The notes: generated by a model not told the origin, from the letters alone. A DNA stretch of 63,759 nt, filler included, from Octopus bimaculoides (GCF_001194135.2; 7 parts of 5 records of this genome joined end to end with filler, not necessarily neighbours in it); one strand, 5' to 3'; positions 1 to 13,320 are shown, counted from the whole stretch's first letter. A program made the numbers and translations.

Positions 1-24
1 CACCACCACCACCACCACCATCAC

Positions 25-68
<44 letters not shown>

Positions 69-82
69 CCACCACCACCACC

Positions 83-116
<34 letters not shown>

Positions 117-379
117 TCGTCATCATCATCATCATCATCATCGGCGTCGTCGTCGTCGTCGTCGTCATCAATATTGCCGTGGTTATCGTCATCGCCGTCG
201 TCAACTTTGCTCTCTCCACGAATCCCATCAACTGAATGATGAGCTTGATGCTGAAGCTAATGATGGAGATGGTGATGATGATGATGATAGTGATGACGAT
301 GATGCTGATGTCGATGTTGCTGATGATAATTACCATCATCATTACCGTCATCATCATTGTCCTCGTTATCTTCATCATC

Positions 380-437
<58 letters not shown>

Positions 438-497
438 GAGATCATTTAATACCTTTTGCTGCTTCTTGTTTTAGTTCTCCGTTTTTTTTATTATCAC

Positions 498-552
<55 letters not shown>

Positions 553-570
553 CATCATCATCATCATTAT
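1..570. repeat. Compound trinucleotide microsatellite (CAC/CAT/CGT/GAT/ATC/TTA)
   Basis: Directly visible runs; they explain ORFs 236..439 and 456..653. Confidence 0.97.
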
Positions 571-704
571 CATTATTATTTTTCTTTTTTTTTTATCCAA
601 TTCTTTCTCTCCCAATCATATTTCATTATAGTATTATCCGAACATCTAGGTGATTTTAATTATCTTTACTCTTTGATCACATTTCTTTTTCTATATTTCT
701 TTCA

Positions 705-822
705 CCCTTCCTTCCTTCCTTCCTTCCTTCCTTCCTTCCTTCCTTCCTTCCTTCCCGTTGTTCCTTTCATTTCCCCCCTTTCCTTCCTTCTGTCATTCTT
801 TATTTCATTTCTTTCTTTCTTT

Positions 823-850
<28 letters not shown>
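705..850. repeat. (TTCC)n and (CT)n microsatellites
   Basis: Directly visible. Confidence 0.95.
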
Positions 851-855
<5 letters not shown>

Positions 856-1431
856 TTTGCTGTAATTCTTTCGCATTTTATCATTAATATTCCTCCCACC
901 CACTTCTCTCATTATTTCCCACCTTCTCCCCCCTCTCTCTGTCGTTCTCTCTCACTCACACTGTTTCTCTCTCTTGTTATGCACATATTTTAATCTTTAC
1001 TTTGTCAAGTATTAGTATCATAAAACATGCATTTCTCTTTTATTAAAGAATACATTTTCTGGTTTGCGTTTTCTTTCAAGACTAGGGAAAGAAAAAAAAA
1101 AAACAAGATAGAATATGAGATTTCCAGCAAAGCATTTTTCGTTTGTTGCTCTCGATCGTTTTATATTTTCGCCCAGCATAGAAAATAAATGGAAGAATAT
1201 GTATATGACAACATACATACATACTTGCATACACGCTTGCATGCATACATACATATATATATGCATAGACATACACGTATATAACAACAACGAACACGCT
1301 ATCTTAAAGAAAGCGTTTTGGAATATATTATATTTAGATAGTCTTTTATATTACTGGAGATAATAAAGAACGAAATATATCAAACCGGGAAGGTAAATGA
1401 CAGAAGAAAGAGTTAGAAGAATCGAGTGTAA

Positions 1432-1480
<49 letters not shown>

Positions 1481-2240
1481 TATATATGTATGTATGCATG
1501 TGTGTGTGGGTATGAGAATACTTAGAGTACTTTATCATGGTAAAAGGAAAGATAATACTTACACTTTTTACAAAACAGATACCGGTTTCACTTGCTTTAA
1601 AGGGACGATATAGTCATTGAAATAAAAGGAAAAATAAACTGAAATAAATTAAATTAATGTTTCATAACATCTCATGAGTTCACATGTATTTGGTTTTATN
1701 NNNNNNNNNNNNNNNNNNNNNNNNNNNNNNNNNNNNNNNNNNNNNNNNNNNNNNNNNNNNNNNNNNNNNNNNNNNNNNNNNNNNNNNNNNNNNNNNNNNN
1801 NNNNNNNNNNNNNNNNNNNNNNNNNNNNNNNNNNNNNNNNNNNNNNNNNNNNNNNNNNNNNNNNNNNNNNNNNNNNNNNNNNNNNNNNNNNNNNNNNNNN
1901 NNNNNNNNNNNNNNNNNNNNNNNNNNNNNNNNNNNNNNNNNNNNNNNNNNNNNNNNNNNNNNNNNNNNNNNNNNNNNNNNNNNNNNNNNNNNNNNNNNNN
2001 NNNNNNNNNNNNNNNNNNNNNNNNNNNNNNNNNNNNNNNNNNNNNNNNNNNNNNNNNNNNNNNNNNNNNNNNNNNNNNNNNNNNNNNNNNNNNNNNNNNN
2101 NNNNNNNNNNNNNNNNNNNNNNNNNNNNNNNNNNNNNNNNNNNNNNNNNNNNNNNNNNNNNNNNNNNNNNNNNNNNNNNNNNNNNNNNNNNNNNNNNNNN
2201 NNNNNNNNNNNNNNNNNNNNNNNNNNNNNNNNNNNNNNNN

Positions 2241-2281
<41 letters not shown>

Positions 2282-3124
2282 ATATATTTACAAGTATATG
2301 TATGTGAACATATGCATACATACGTATTCATACACACACACACATTTTTCATCCATTCCGTCCATTCCGTATCTCTTTGTCCTTTTTCGAAACAGCAGCT
2401 AAGCAAAATCAGTGTTTTGTCTTCCTGGTAATATCATACAATATTCACGGTTTCAACTTTGGAGCTGACTGACGAAGTAAATTGCTAATTCAGTTCGCAG
2501 AAACAGGATATGGTGTAACGTGTCTTTTAATGTGATTCATCTGAGGTGTTTAACTTTATCCCCTTAATTATCATGTAGCTATGTTATCCAATAACTCCTT
2601 CATAAATTTTTCGTTTGAATTCTCAATGAGGTCGATATTAACATTTATCTTTCCGTACAGGATAAAATCAATTTTTCTCCTTCCTCTATATTTTAAAATA
2701 TCAAACTTTCTGGCTTATGTTAGAAATTGTCTTGTTATTTTTTTTACTAATTCATTCATTCATTTTCTCTTCAGTAGCAAGCAAGAGACCAAATACATGT
2801 TAGAGAAAAGGATGGAATTTTACGCGTCGAGGAGCTGTATAGAATCTGTTGAACACTAATGGATGTTTATTGTAGTTGTCACAATATTATTGTGGTGTTG
2901 AGCAATCGTGGCGAAAATCCTGGTTTGCTGTAACGAATTTAATCATTATCTGCTGCTAATTTCATTCAGTTATTTAAGAAAAAACAAACAAACAAACAAA
3001 AATAATCTCCTAAAATATCTCTCCAAAACAAATAAATATAGTTGCATAAATTCTATTTCGCAGACTGAAATGTGTGCATGCATACACACATAAATTATCT
3101 ATCTATCTATCTATCTATCTGTAG

Positions 3125-3187
<63 letters not shown>

Positions 3188-4230
3188 CATATATATATAT
3201 ATGTACATAATATACATAAATGTAGATATATATGTATGCCCACACACATACAGACACACACACACAAGTTTAGCTTTGTGTTTTTAGCAACGTTTTAAAA
3301 ATGATTTCTTATGAAGTGCTTGCGATATGTTTGCAGAATGAAGATTCCAAACCATTGTTAAAAACCGTTCTAAGTGTCCACCCGCTCCACACAGTATTCA
3401 TCATGTTCTCATTTGCCAGATGAAGTAATGATGTGTGTGTTGCTGACTCTTTATCGCAAATACAGCCATAATTTTAATACTGCTATAATTTTAATTAAAA
3501 CAGACAGACATGTTTTTAGCTGGATGTTCAGTTTTATTTGTGACCAGTGTATTTTGTCTATATGAGCAACATGTTTGCTGCATTATAAACATTGCTTCTC
3601 ATTTGTCATCTGTAAAACCTGTTTTATAAGAAAAATATTAATTTTACTGTTTTTTAGTTGTGTCATTAGCATTAGTTTATGGTTTCGTATAATGCCTTTT
3701 GTGTTCTGTTTTATGAGGTTTTTAACAACGCTCATCTATTCTGTAGTTAACATGTATTTGATTCATATGGCACACTTTATAAATGGTATGTGTATATTTA
3801 ATACGTGTGATGACTGATATATTTATTGCGTTGTATGTTTGGTTGGTTGTATTATTCTATACTTTGATCCGTTAGTTAGAAAATCCACCATTGATCAGCG
3901 TTTGTTTTATTCTGTGGCGTTTGTTTGTAGTGGAACATCTAAATGCTTTACTATGTAAGGTTTTTATCTATCATTTCTGTTTCAATATGTTTATGGACTT
4001 CCATTGTTTCCATGTAAATATATGCATTGATTTCTGTCATAGATGTAAACGGACGTGATATATCTGCTGTTTTCTACCTGTATATTTTTGTCTGGATTGT
4101 ATTGCCAGAAGTTTATTAGTTCTGTTTAACGTGTTGAATTTTAGTACTGAGTTTTGTTTTCTAAGTCTTCTTAATTGTTTGATGACATCCGGTATATATT
4201 ACGACTTGTACATCGTCCATGTACCTAATT

Positions 4231-4658
4231 CAGGACCGGATTAAGATTCGTAGAGGCTCGAAGCACTTAAAATATTTTATTGCCTCCATATATATGTAAT
4301 TCAAAATCTAAACAATAATAAACTATAAAATACATTTTTATTTTTCAAGATGAAACAAAACTAACGGTAAGATGGAAAATAATGTAAATTCTTGTATACT
4401 TTTGTATACTTCCGTTTTATATATATTTGAAATGTTTTCTCTTCTTTTCAAATGCAAAGTCTTTGATCAGATCCTCAAAATTAATCTTGCGTAACACAAC
4501 TGATTCTATAGATAGTATAGATAAAGCATCCCGAATTTCATTCTAGCAAGTTTAAAGTGATTTCTTTCACACCGTAAACCACCCACATTTCTATGGTGCT
4601 CCCTTCCCTTGATGGCCTAAACATATGCTTATTTTACTTAATAGTTAACCCTGCGTTG
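4231..4658. mobile_element. Non-autonomous hAT-like MITE (degenerate)
   Basis: Starts caggaccggattaa and ends ttaaccctgcgttg (9/14 inverted match). Flanked by acctaatt (4223-4230) and acctaatg (4659-4666), an 8-bp TSD at 7/8, which is typical of hAT. Confidence 0.6.
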
Positions 4659-4949
4659 ACCTAATGTATATCGCCTATTTATGTATTTATAACACAACTA
4701 GAACGTAATTCCTGAATGAGAACTAACGGCAACTGAATTGTTTTGATTAGAAAATTTGCCGTGTCGTTTGCAAAAGGGGACTCTAGATTAAAGGACAGCA
4801 CTACATTATTCAGTATCTTGAGTTGTTCTATTCTTAGTTGCCTGTATGCAATATTTAATATGGTTTCTCACTGAAACTTTATTGAACAGATTTTAAGGCG
4901 GAGATGTTTCCTACCGCGCAGTTGTTCTAAGATCTCTAGGAAATCTTCG

Positions 4950-5210
4950 GATGATCGAAATCTTGCTGGTGTGTATTGTTTGATAAACTTTTCTCATTGC
5001 ATAGCGGTCTTGTGTACTGGTGTATTTATTTGATATGTTATAAAACAGAATGTTTGCAATACGATATTTTGCATGTGAATTTTACTCTTCCATAGATATG
5101 TACTGGGGTGACTTCTCCATCCAGGTGGTGTAAATCTGATTTAATGCTCCTTTTCGTGCGTTTATCGCATAATCAGTCTATTCATGGTAACATTTTATTA
5201 GAGATTCTTA
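4950..5210 (-). mobile_element. Possible highly decayed PLE GIY-YIG C-terminal fragment
   Basis: The minus strand gives EKFIKQYTP, resembling the E..FI..Y.P.LN end of PLE ORFs; little other support. Confidence 0.25.
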
Positions 5211-5430
5211 TAAATTCGTTTCCGTCGATGAGATAATTGTTAATGTCAACAATACATTCGTCTTTATTCATGACAACGAATAATTTCATTTTACCACTCT
5301 TACATTGATACTGGCGTTATGTTTTAAAACAAACAGATTGTCTAAGTTTAATGTTAATTAATTATTTGCTTATTCTTGAGTGGGCATATATTTTTATTTC
5401 ATTCACCTTGTTGTTAGTCTATTCCTAATA

Positions 5431-5767
5431 GTGTGGAGACGCAATGTCCCAGTGGTTAGGGCAGCGGATTCGCGGTCATAGGATCGCGGTTTCAATTCCC
5501 AAACCGGGCGTTGTGTGTGTTTATTGAGCGAAAACACCTAAAGCTCCACGAGGCTCCGGCAGGGGATGGTGGCGAACCCTGCTGTACTCTTTCACCACAA
5601 CTTTCTTTCACTCTTAGTTCTTGTTTCTGTTGTGCCTGTAATTCAAAGGGTCAGCCTTGTCACACTGTGTCACGCTGAATACCCCGAGAACTACGTTAAG
5701 GGTACACGTGTCTGTGGAGTGCTCAGCCACTTGCACGTTAATTTCACGAGCAGGCTGTTCCGTTGAT
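5431..5767 (+). mobile_element. tRNA-derived SINE, family A (head A + middle A + tail A), cut by gap
   Basis: A-box-like tgtcccagtggtt, B-box-like ggtttcaattccc; colinear with the full minus-strand copy at 55025-55405. Confidence 0.9.
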
Positions 5768-6177
5768 NNNNNNNNNNNNNNNNNNNNNNNNNNNNNNNNN
5801 NNNNNNNNNNNNNNNNNNNNNNNNNNNNNNNNNNNNNNNNNNNNNNNNNNNNNNNNNNNNNNNNNNNNNNNNNNNNNNNNNNNNNNNNNNNNNNNNNNNN
5901 NNNNNNNNNNNNNNNNNNNNNNNNNNNNNNNNNNNNNNNNNNNNNNNNNNNNNNNNNNNNNNNNNNNNNNNNNNNNNNNNNNNNNNNNNNNNNNNNNNNN
6001 NNNNNNNNNNNNNNNNNNNNNNNNNNNNNNNNNNNNNNNNNNNNNNNNNNNNNNNNNNNNNNNNNNNNNNNAGGAATCAAAAGTTTGTGTTTGCATAAAG
6101 CATACTCCCGCCCCATCAAATCAACATTACCTGTACAGGTGCACAAGTGTGCCACACATCATACATAGAAATGATCG

Positions 6178-6257
6178 CAAAACAACGCGAAATGAAGTGT
6201 TTTGTGCCAGAACACAACGTACTGCCTGGTCCGGGAATCGAACTAACGATCTAGCAA

Positions 6258-6262
<5 letters not shown>
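6178..6262 (-). mobile_element. SINE family B head/core fragment
   Basis: aaatgaagtgttttgtgccagaacacaacg...gggaatcgaa matches 53740-53800. Confidence 0.7.
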
Positions 6263-6299
<37 letters not shown>

Positions 6300-6631
6300 A
6301 GTGTAGTGTGCTAAATGTTTCTTGCTGACGAGCAGCCGCGTGCGTATTCGTCGATGATCAACCACTTCCGGAATTCTGTCATGCATTGTTTGTTTGTTTG
6401 ATTGTTTATTTGTTTATTCATTTGTTTACTTGGTTGTTTATATTTTTTGCTACTTTACTGTGCGATTTTACTTGAACATTATGTGAACAGATATTCACTT
6501 GATGTTTATTGTCATATGGCAATGTACATGATTACTAAGCACACCCCTTCATACGTATAGACATACCAAAAGATCTGGAATATGCAGCAGATTCTACGAA
6601 CCTCTCCCCCTCTCTCTCTTTCACTCACTCA

Positions 6632-6666
<35 letters not shown>

Positions 6667-6794
6667 CACGCAACACATATAATACGCTCATATATTTAAA
6701 CGTACATGAATAAATATGTGTACATGTACACGCGTGCACACACACGCCGCAGGTACATTACGCGTGTGCGTGGGTGAACGATCTCAAAGACGTA

Positions 6795-6870
<76 letters not shown>

Positions 6871-6928
6871 CATCCATCCATCTATCCATCCATCCATCCA
6901 TCCATCCATACATACATACATACATACA

Positions 6929-6960
<32 letters not shown>
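6795..6960. repeat. Compound tetranucleotide (TATC)n(CATC)n(CATA)n
   Basis: Directly visible. Confidence 0.97.
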
Positions 6961-6962
<2 letters not shown>

Positions 6963-7149
6963 GAGACATACACATACGTATATATAAATACATACATAAA
7001 TTCATAGACACAAACATTTACACATAGACAGACACATATATGTATATGTAGTTTATATGTGTGTCGTGTTGCAGGTTCTACAGACATACTAATATCTTAA
7101 TTGATTCCAAAAGCCAAAATAATGATTACAACGTCTTAGCAGAAAGACA

Positions 7150-7234
7150 GATGCATAGAGGTAGACAGACAGAAGGACATACAGATAGATAGATAGACAA
7201 GCAGATAGATATATAGGTATATAGATAGACAGAG

Positions 7235-7267
<33 letters not shown>

Positions 7268-7268
7268 A

Positions 7269-7301
<33 letters not shown>

Positions 7302-7479
7302 AAGACAGACAGATAGATAGATAGATAGATAGGTAGATAGATAGATAAATAGATAGATAGATATATAGAGAGATAGATAGATAGATACGTACATACATAA
7401 TGAGGAAGTTAAAGGCAGAAAGTAAAAATTAAGATAGTGAATACGCATGCGTAAGATGCTTGTGTGCATGAGTATGTAC

Positions 7480-7537
<58 letters not shown>

Positions 7538-7600
7538 GAGAGAGGAGAGAGGAGAGAGGAGAGAGGGAGACAGAGTTCGAGAGAGAGAGAGAAGATTTCA
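7150..7600. repeat. (GATA/GACA)n followed by (GA)n/(GAGAG)n
   Basis: Directly visible. Confidence 0.95.
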
Positions 7601-7809
7601 GAAAGACGAATATAAACTCCGTTGCTTATCAAATGCTGTCTGATCTATCTGTATCGCAACCTAATAAGCAAAATGCACCTTATTGTAATCGCTCTGCACC
7701 GCAGCACGTATTTCATCAAACCAGGCTTTCTGCGTGCGGCGATTATCTCAATTATGAAACGCAAAGAGGAGAAATCATAATGAAAGTATTAGAAGTCAAC
7801 GGATGCGCT

Positions 7810-8019
7810 ACAACGCAAACAACAGCAGCAACAACAAGAACAACAAGAAGAAGAACAACAGCAACAGCAACAGCATCAAGAACAACAGCAGCAGCAACAG
7901 CAACAACAACAGCAGCAGCAGCAGCAGCAAGAACGTCCTACAACTTACATGTATTGAACACATCGTGTATTCCTTTGCTGCAACATAAACCAGCAACTGA
8001 AAGTAAAGACATTAACATC

Positions 8020-8088
<69 letters not shown>

Positions 8089-8203
8089 CACTACTACTAC
8101 TACTACTACTGCTACTGCTACTGCTACGACGACGACGACGATGACCACCACCACCACCACGACAACCACCACGACAACCAAGACTACCACTACCGCTACA
8201 ACA

Positions 8204-8251
<48 letters not shown>

Positions 8252-8420
8252 GTTACTACTACTACTACTACTACTGCTACTACTACTACTACTGCTGCTG
8301 CTGCTACTGCTGCTGCTATTGCAATTCTGGCGTCGACATCGAATACAACAAACATAAGAAGAACAATTGCAACAACAACAACAACAACAACAACAACAGC
8401 AACGACAACACGAAGAAACG
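7810..8420. repeat. Long compound trinucleotide tract (CAA/CAG/CTA/CTG/GAC/CAC)
   Basis: Directly visible; source of ORF 7633..8424 and overlapping ORFs. Confidence 0.97.
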
Positions 8421-9119
8421 TTAAACGAAGATGGTTAAGCTTTAGAAAAAAATCTAGAGCGAAGAAATATAAAGAATGATCTAATTATGCTGTAATTGAG
8501 CCATTTGTTTTATTTCTTTGCAACCCGAACATATGCATTCTGTGGTGTATATATTCGTCATTTTTAAGCATAGCATTTTCAAGCTTGTCTATACCAGGTT
8601 ATCTATACCTGGAGTGCACACATGCACGCATAAACATGTTCAGAGTTACACACACAGAAACCCACGCGACTACGTCTGTGTATGGTGTGCATGTGTTTAA
8701 CTGTCGTAATCATGAGTGTGTGTAATACTACGACCATTACCGGATTCCTGTCACAGAGCCATTCTGTTGCACATCTTCAACTCGCACAGAAGTTAACTTT
8801 ACCGTTCATCATTTTGAGGATCGATGAAATAAATTCCAGTTCATAGCGATGGCTTCCCCTGATAAAGAGTCGGGAAATATGCTTTGAGATATTTGTTCCG
8901 GTTCGTTGAATTCTGATATCAACGTCGTGGACGATACTGGTACCAAGATATATTAGCCCCAGTCAGTGGCCCCTGTCTTGGGTAAGAATTGTTGAAGAAG
9001 GAAGAGTCGTATGCATGGCCAACAATCACTCTTTATTAAAAGATCTGGTCAGACCTGCACAATAATGTGAAGTTGTATGGTCAAAGTTGACCGACGGAGG
9101 CCCTAGTAGTGAGGAAGGA

Positions 9120-9920
9120 CAACAAGAATTGCTGGTACACCAGATCATTTTGCTAAGCACGGTGGAGATGATATAGCTGATGATGGGGACACTGTGTCAA
9201 CATGTGGAATGGTTAACCAGTTCCACAAGATTAGAAATATGTGAAACTGGTTTTGTTGTACAATAGAAATTATACCAAGTCAAACTTTCGTCGTATTATC
9301 TTATGTTTATTGGTAAAACATTTTTTAGACTTTTATTGAATTGGTTACAGACCCACACATGAGTTTCATTGTTGTCTTCGAGTCTCAAAATAGAGGCACC
9401 AAAAATATTATTATTGCCATCAGACAATGGCAAGTAAAGTGCATTGAGCAAGGGGGTCTTCATTTATCGAGCTTTTGTTGACTAAACGAAAGCTTTTGAT
9501 GCGGTGAACAGAAATGCATTGAGGAAAATCCTAGGAAAATTGAGGTGTATTTGCCCGCCCACACTCAGTATGAGGGTACATTTTAACCCAAATGGGGCCC
9601 TTTCGACACTGAGGGTGTCAAGAAGGGTATATACATGCATCAACTTTATTATTTTCTATATACTTTGTAATCGTAATTGTCCATGCATTTTCGGAATGGT
9701 GCATGCATTTTCGGAATGGTGCATGCATCTACTATTACATAACAAATAAACCGTTTATTCTGAATCGTTTCAAAGCTAAATCGATGATCATTATAACTTT
9801 ATTTAGTGATTTGTTATATGTTGATAATTGTGACCTTATAACTAACTCGTATCAAGATTGGGCACCTGAAGTGCCTGCACTACTTCTGAACTTGGAATAA
9901 GCCTAATGTTTACACCTGAT
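9120..9920 (+). pseudogene. RTE-clade LINE reverse transcriptase fossil, 5' part
   Basis: Frameshifted translation: MWNG*PVPQD*KYVKLVLLY..SNFRRI; FIGKTFFRLLLNWL; RGTKNIIIAIRQWQVKCIEQ; AFVD*TKAFDAVNRNALRKILGKL; GVKKG; LNRFKAKS..DLLYVDNCDL (degenerate FADD motif); ACTTSELGISLMFTPD. Confidence 0.9.
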
Positions 9921-10489
9921 TAATGGGAAATGTTCCCAATTATCAGCGCTACTGTTCAAGGACTTACGATTATCTTTCCTGGCGTCATGAAATCCCATTT
10001 TTAATTTGTACTAATTCACCAAAAGGTAATTACTTCTGAAGTTTGAATTTATCAAAGTAGATGGCATTGCCAACCCATTACTTATGATACTTGATAAAGA
10101 GAGTCTGTACTGAAAAAGCCTGTCCTTTCCTGCATTTCTGTGTCAAGTAGAAAAGATTTCCAACAGATGTTCAATGTACACTTTACATTCTTCCGGCGGA
10201 AGCTTTCCAGGATTTTATGAGTTGTCGATATGGTATCCATATTTCAGACGAGTATAACTAGGATGTGATGAAGCAGATATCATAACTGCTAAGCTTGGTG
10301 AAAAGTTTCTTGTCACTGTCTGTCCAGGTTTGATTATCTTGGGTCCCAAATGTGACTGAAACCCTCTCACTTCTAAAACTTATCTCAGAATCTAAAGATC
10401 TATCTCCAGCAACAGAGCTGCTGGGCTACACAAAAGAATCCACTGCATCCAAATCTTATCCATTGGACAAGTATTTTTGGTTCACCTTG
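9921..10489 (-). pseudogene. Same RTE LINE, 3' part, inverted
   Basis: Minus strand: DLDAVDSFV*PSSSVAGDRSLDSEISFR..FG..W..KLFTKL..Y......*LYSSEIWIPYRQLIK; LESFRRKNVKCTLNICWKSFLLDTEMQERTG; WVGNAI..LPFGELVQ. These are the canonical post-YADD RTE motifs. Confidence 0.88.
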
Positions 10490-10500
10490 ATCAGGTGTAA

Positions 10501-10600
10501 NNNNNNNNNNNNNNNNNNNNNNNNNNNNNNNNNNNNNNNNNNNNTTAATTAATTAANNNNNNNNNNNNNNNNNNNNNNNNNNNNNNNNNNNNNNNNNNNN
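10501..10600. other. Assembly spacer: 44 N + TTAATTAATTAA + 44 N (also 24977-25076, 36931-37030, 51830-51929, 57886-57985, 61789-61888)
   Basis: Six identical 100-bp cassettes. TTAATTAATTAA is palindromic and gives stop codons in all six frames, consistent with a scaffolding linker. Confidence 0.95.
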
Positions 10601-10912
10601 CTATAGCCTCGGGCCGACCAAAGCCTTGTGAGTGGATTTGGTAGACGGAAACTGAAAGAAGCCCGTCGTATATATGTATTTGTATATATATGTATGTGTG
10701 TTTGCGTGTCTGTGTTTGTCCCCCCCACCATCGGTTGACAACTGATGCTGGTGTGTTCACGTCCCCGTAACTTAGCTGTTCGGCAAAAAGAGACCAATAG
10801 AATAAGTACTAGGTTTACAAAGAATAAGTCCTGGGGTCGATTTGCTCGACTAAAGGCGGTGCTCCACCATGGCCGCAGTCAAATGACTGAAACAAATAAA
10901 GGAGTAAAAGAG
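10601..10912 (+). mobile_element. SINE family C (tRNA head, internal TA/TG microsatellite), 5' end in gap
   Basis: ctatagcctcgggccgaccaaagcc...ggcggtgctccaccatggccgcagtcaaatgactgaaac; near-identical to 57986-58342. Confidence 0.92.
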
Positions 10913-12104
10913 AATATATATTTACTGTTCATTTTCGGAATGGTGAAGTTCGAAGCAGATATTACTAGAAATATTCGGAGGCTGTACGGTAAACTCTTAA
11001 TATATATATACATATGTATATATGTCTTTGTGTATGCGCGTCTATTTGTATATATATATACGTATAATTCAAATTTACAAAAGAAGAAACAGGCGAGGGA
11101 ACAAGAAGCAGGTATATTAGTTGGACGCTCGGGGAAAATGGAAAAACGTGAATTTGTTACTTTAACTCCTCCGAGACTATCTAACAGACCTTCATGAAAC
11201 TTGACGTGTGTGTGTGGGNNNNNNNNNNNNNNNNNNNNNNNNNNNNNNNNNNNNNNNNNNNNNNNNNNNNNNNNNNNNNNNNNNNNNNNNNNNNNNNNNN
11301 NNNNNNNNNNNNNNNNNNNNNNNNNNNNNNNNNNNNNNNNNNNNNNNNNNNNNNNNNNNNNNNNNNNNNNNNNNNNNNNNNNNNNNNNNNNNNNNNNNNN
11401 NNNNNNNNNNNNNNNNNNNNNNNNNNNNNNNNNNNNNNNNNNNNNNNNNNNNNNNNNNNNNNNNNNNNNNNNNNNNNNNNNNNNNNNNNNNNNNNNNNNN
11501 NNNNNNNNNNNNNNNNNNNNNNNNNNNNNNNNNNNNNNNNNNNNNNNNNNNNNNNNNNNNNNNNNNNNNNNNNNNNNNNNNNNNNNNNNNNNNNNNNNNN
11601 NNNNNNNNNNNNNNNNNNNNNNNNNNNNNNNNNNNNNNNNNNNNNNNNNNNNNNNNNNNNNNNNNNNNNNNNNNNNNNNNNNNNNNNNNNNNNNNNNNNN
11701 NNNNNNNNNNNNNNNNNNNNNNNNNNNNNNNNNNNNNNNNNNNNNNNNNNNNNNNNNNNNNNNNNNNNNNNNNNNNNNNNNNNNNNNNNNNNNNNNNNNN
11801 NNNNNNNNNNNNNNNNNNNNNNNNNNNNNNNNNNNNNNATATATATATATATATATATATATACATACAGAGAGTGGGAGAAGAGATAGATACGTGGAGG
11901 AGAATATGCTGAAAAAATATTAGAAGGTGTAATAGAGGAAAAGAAATGGTAGGTGATAAAGAGGCAAAAGATAGTAGGTATGTAATTTCATTTGAAAAAA
12001 GGTCGAAGTAAAGCAAATAGAGAGGACGTTTGAAGACGAGAGGAGGGGAAATATGAAAAGATATTAGTGCTGCGGATGGTAAAAAAGAGTAAAGACTCCC
12101 TTTA

Positions 12105-12385
12105 ATGATGATTGACCTTGGGATTGCACCTAGAAAGATACCAGCCTCCAAAGCACAAGTCCGGTCAAGGTTGTTTTCATAGAAGACGTGCAGTCGCCCA
12201 TGCATACCAGTCTCCCCGCCCCAATGTTACCTTAGGGAAATGCCGATACAGTTTGGCACCAGTGACGTCGCAACTCTTTTCTAAAGATGATTGAACTGGA
12301 ACAACACGAAATAAAGTGTCTTGCTCAAGAACACAACAAACAGCTCGGTTCGGGTAGTAAACTTCCTTCCTCATGATTGTGAGAT
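12105..12385 (-). mobile_element. SINE with B-type head/core and a different 3' tail
   Basis: aaagtgtcttgctcaagaacacaac matches the family B core; the adjacent sequence differs from the other tails. Confidence 0.6.
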
Positions 12386-12509
12386 ATAAGAGAACAAGGG
12401 AAAAATACGCAAGCAAAACTTTAATCAGGTTTTGAGAGCATTGAGCCAACGGCTTTATAAGTAAAGAAAATAACTGTGGTTCATAGAGCACGAAGAATAT
12501 TTGGTGTAT

Positions 12510-12720
12510 TTCTTTTATTCTTTTATTTGCACCAGTCTTTTGACAGTAGTCATGCTGGAGCAGTGCCTTTATTCGAACTAATCGACACCAGGACTTATTC
12601 TTTGTAAGCCTAGTTCTTATTCTATCGGGGTCTTTTGCCGAACCGCTAAGTTATGGAGACGTAAACACATCAACATTGATTGTCAAACGATGCTGGAGTG
12701 ACAAACAGAGACACACAAAC
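12510..12720 (-). mobile_element. SINE family C, 3' half, ending at its internal microsatellite
   Basis: catgctggagcagtgcctttattcg...ggacttattctttgtaagcctag...gccgaaccgctaagtta. Confidence 0.88.
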
Positions 12721-12745
12721 ATATATATACATATATATACACACG

Positions 12746-12776
<31 letters not shown>

Positions 12777-12805
12777 ATATATACATACATATGTATATAT
12801 ACACA

Positions 12806-12881
<76 letters not shown>

Positions 12882-12894
12882 CGTACATACATGC

Positions 12895-12929
<35 letters not shown>

Positions 12930-13170
12930 AGAAAGAGAACGCTATGTAAGTGCTATGGAAAGCGCCACAAGACCCCTTTGAATGAACAGCACATGGAATC
13001 AACGTCTCCACAAATTCCATTTGCGATGACAGAATATGAATCCCTATTGGAATTTACATACCACTCTTATTAATGTAGTGAGAACATTATAATCCTCTTT
13101 CTTTGCACTAACATGCCATCACTCATTCATTAGTCACGTCTGTTCCCAAACTTCTGCAACAGTCAATGTT

Positions 13171-13253
<83 letters not shown>

Positions 13254-13320
13254 ATATATATATGTATGTATATATATATGTATGTATATATGTATATACA
13301 CACACATCCACACACACATA

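Noticed and set aside
2464-2510. CTGACGA...GAAAC hammerhead-like words (similar at about 55655-55680)
   Set aside because: No stem II closing pair or stem I could be formed.
7633-8424. 263-aa ORF with poly-N/Y/D/H/C runs
   Set aside because: Apart from a short unique start it is translated microsatellite, with no domain or splice support.
10545-10556. TTAATTAATTAA recurring six times between N runs, superficially like a regularly spaced repeat
   Set aside because: It is always 44 N + 12 bp + 44 N = 100 bp and is a six-frame-stop palindrome, so it is an assembly linker and not biology.
9682-10945. 20-bp tandem duplication at 9682-9728 and a 16-bp match cattttcggaatggtg at 10930
   Set aside because: The duplication is a local slip inside the RTE fossil. 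A single 16-mer match is plausible by chance in an AT-rich window and has no extended homology.
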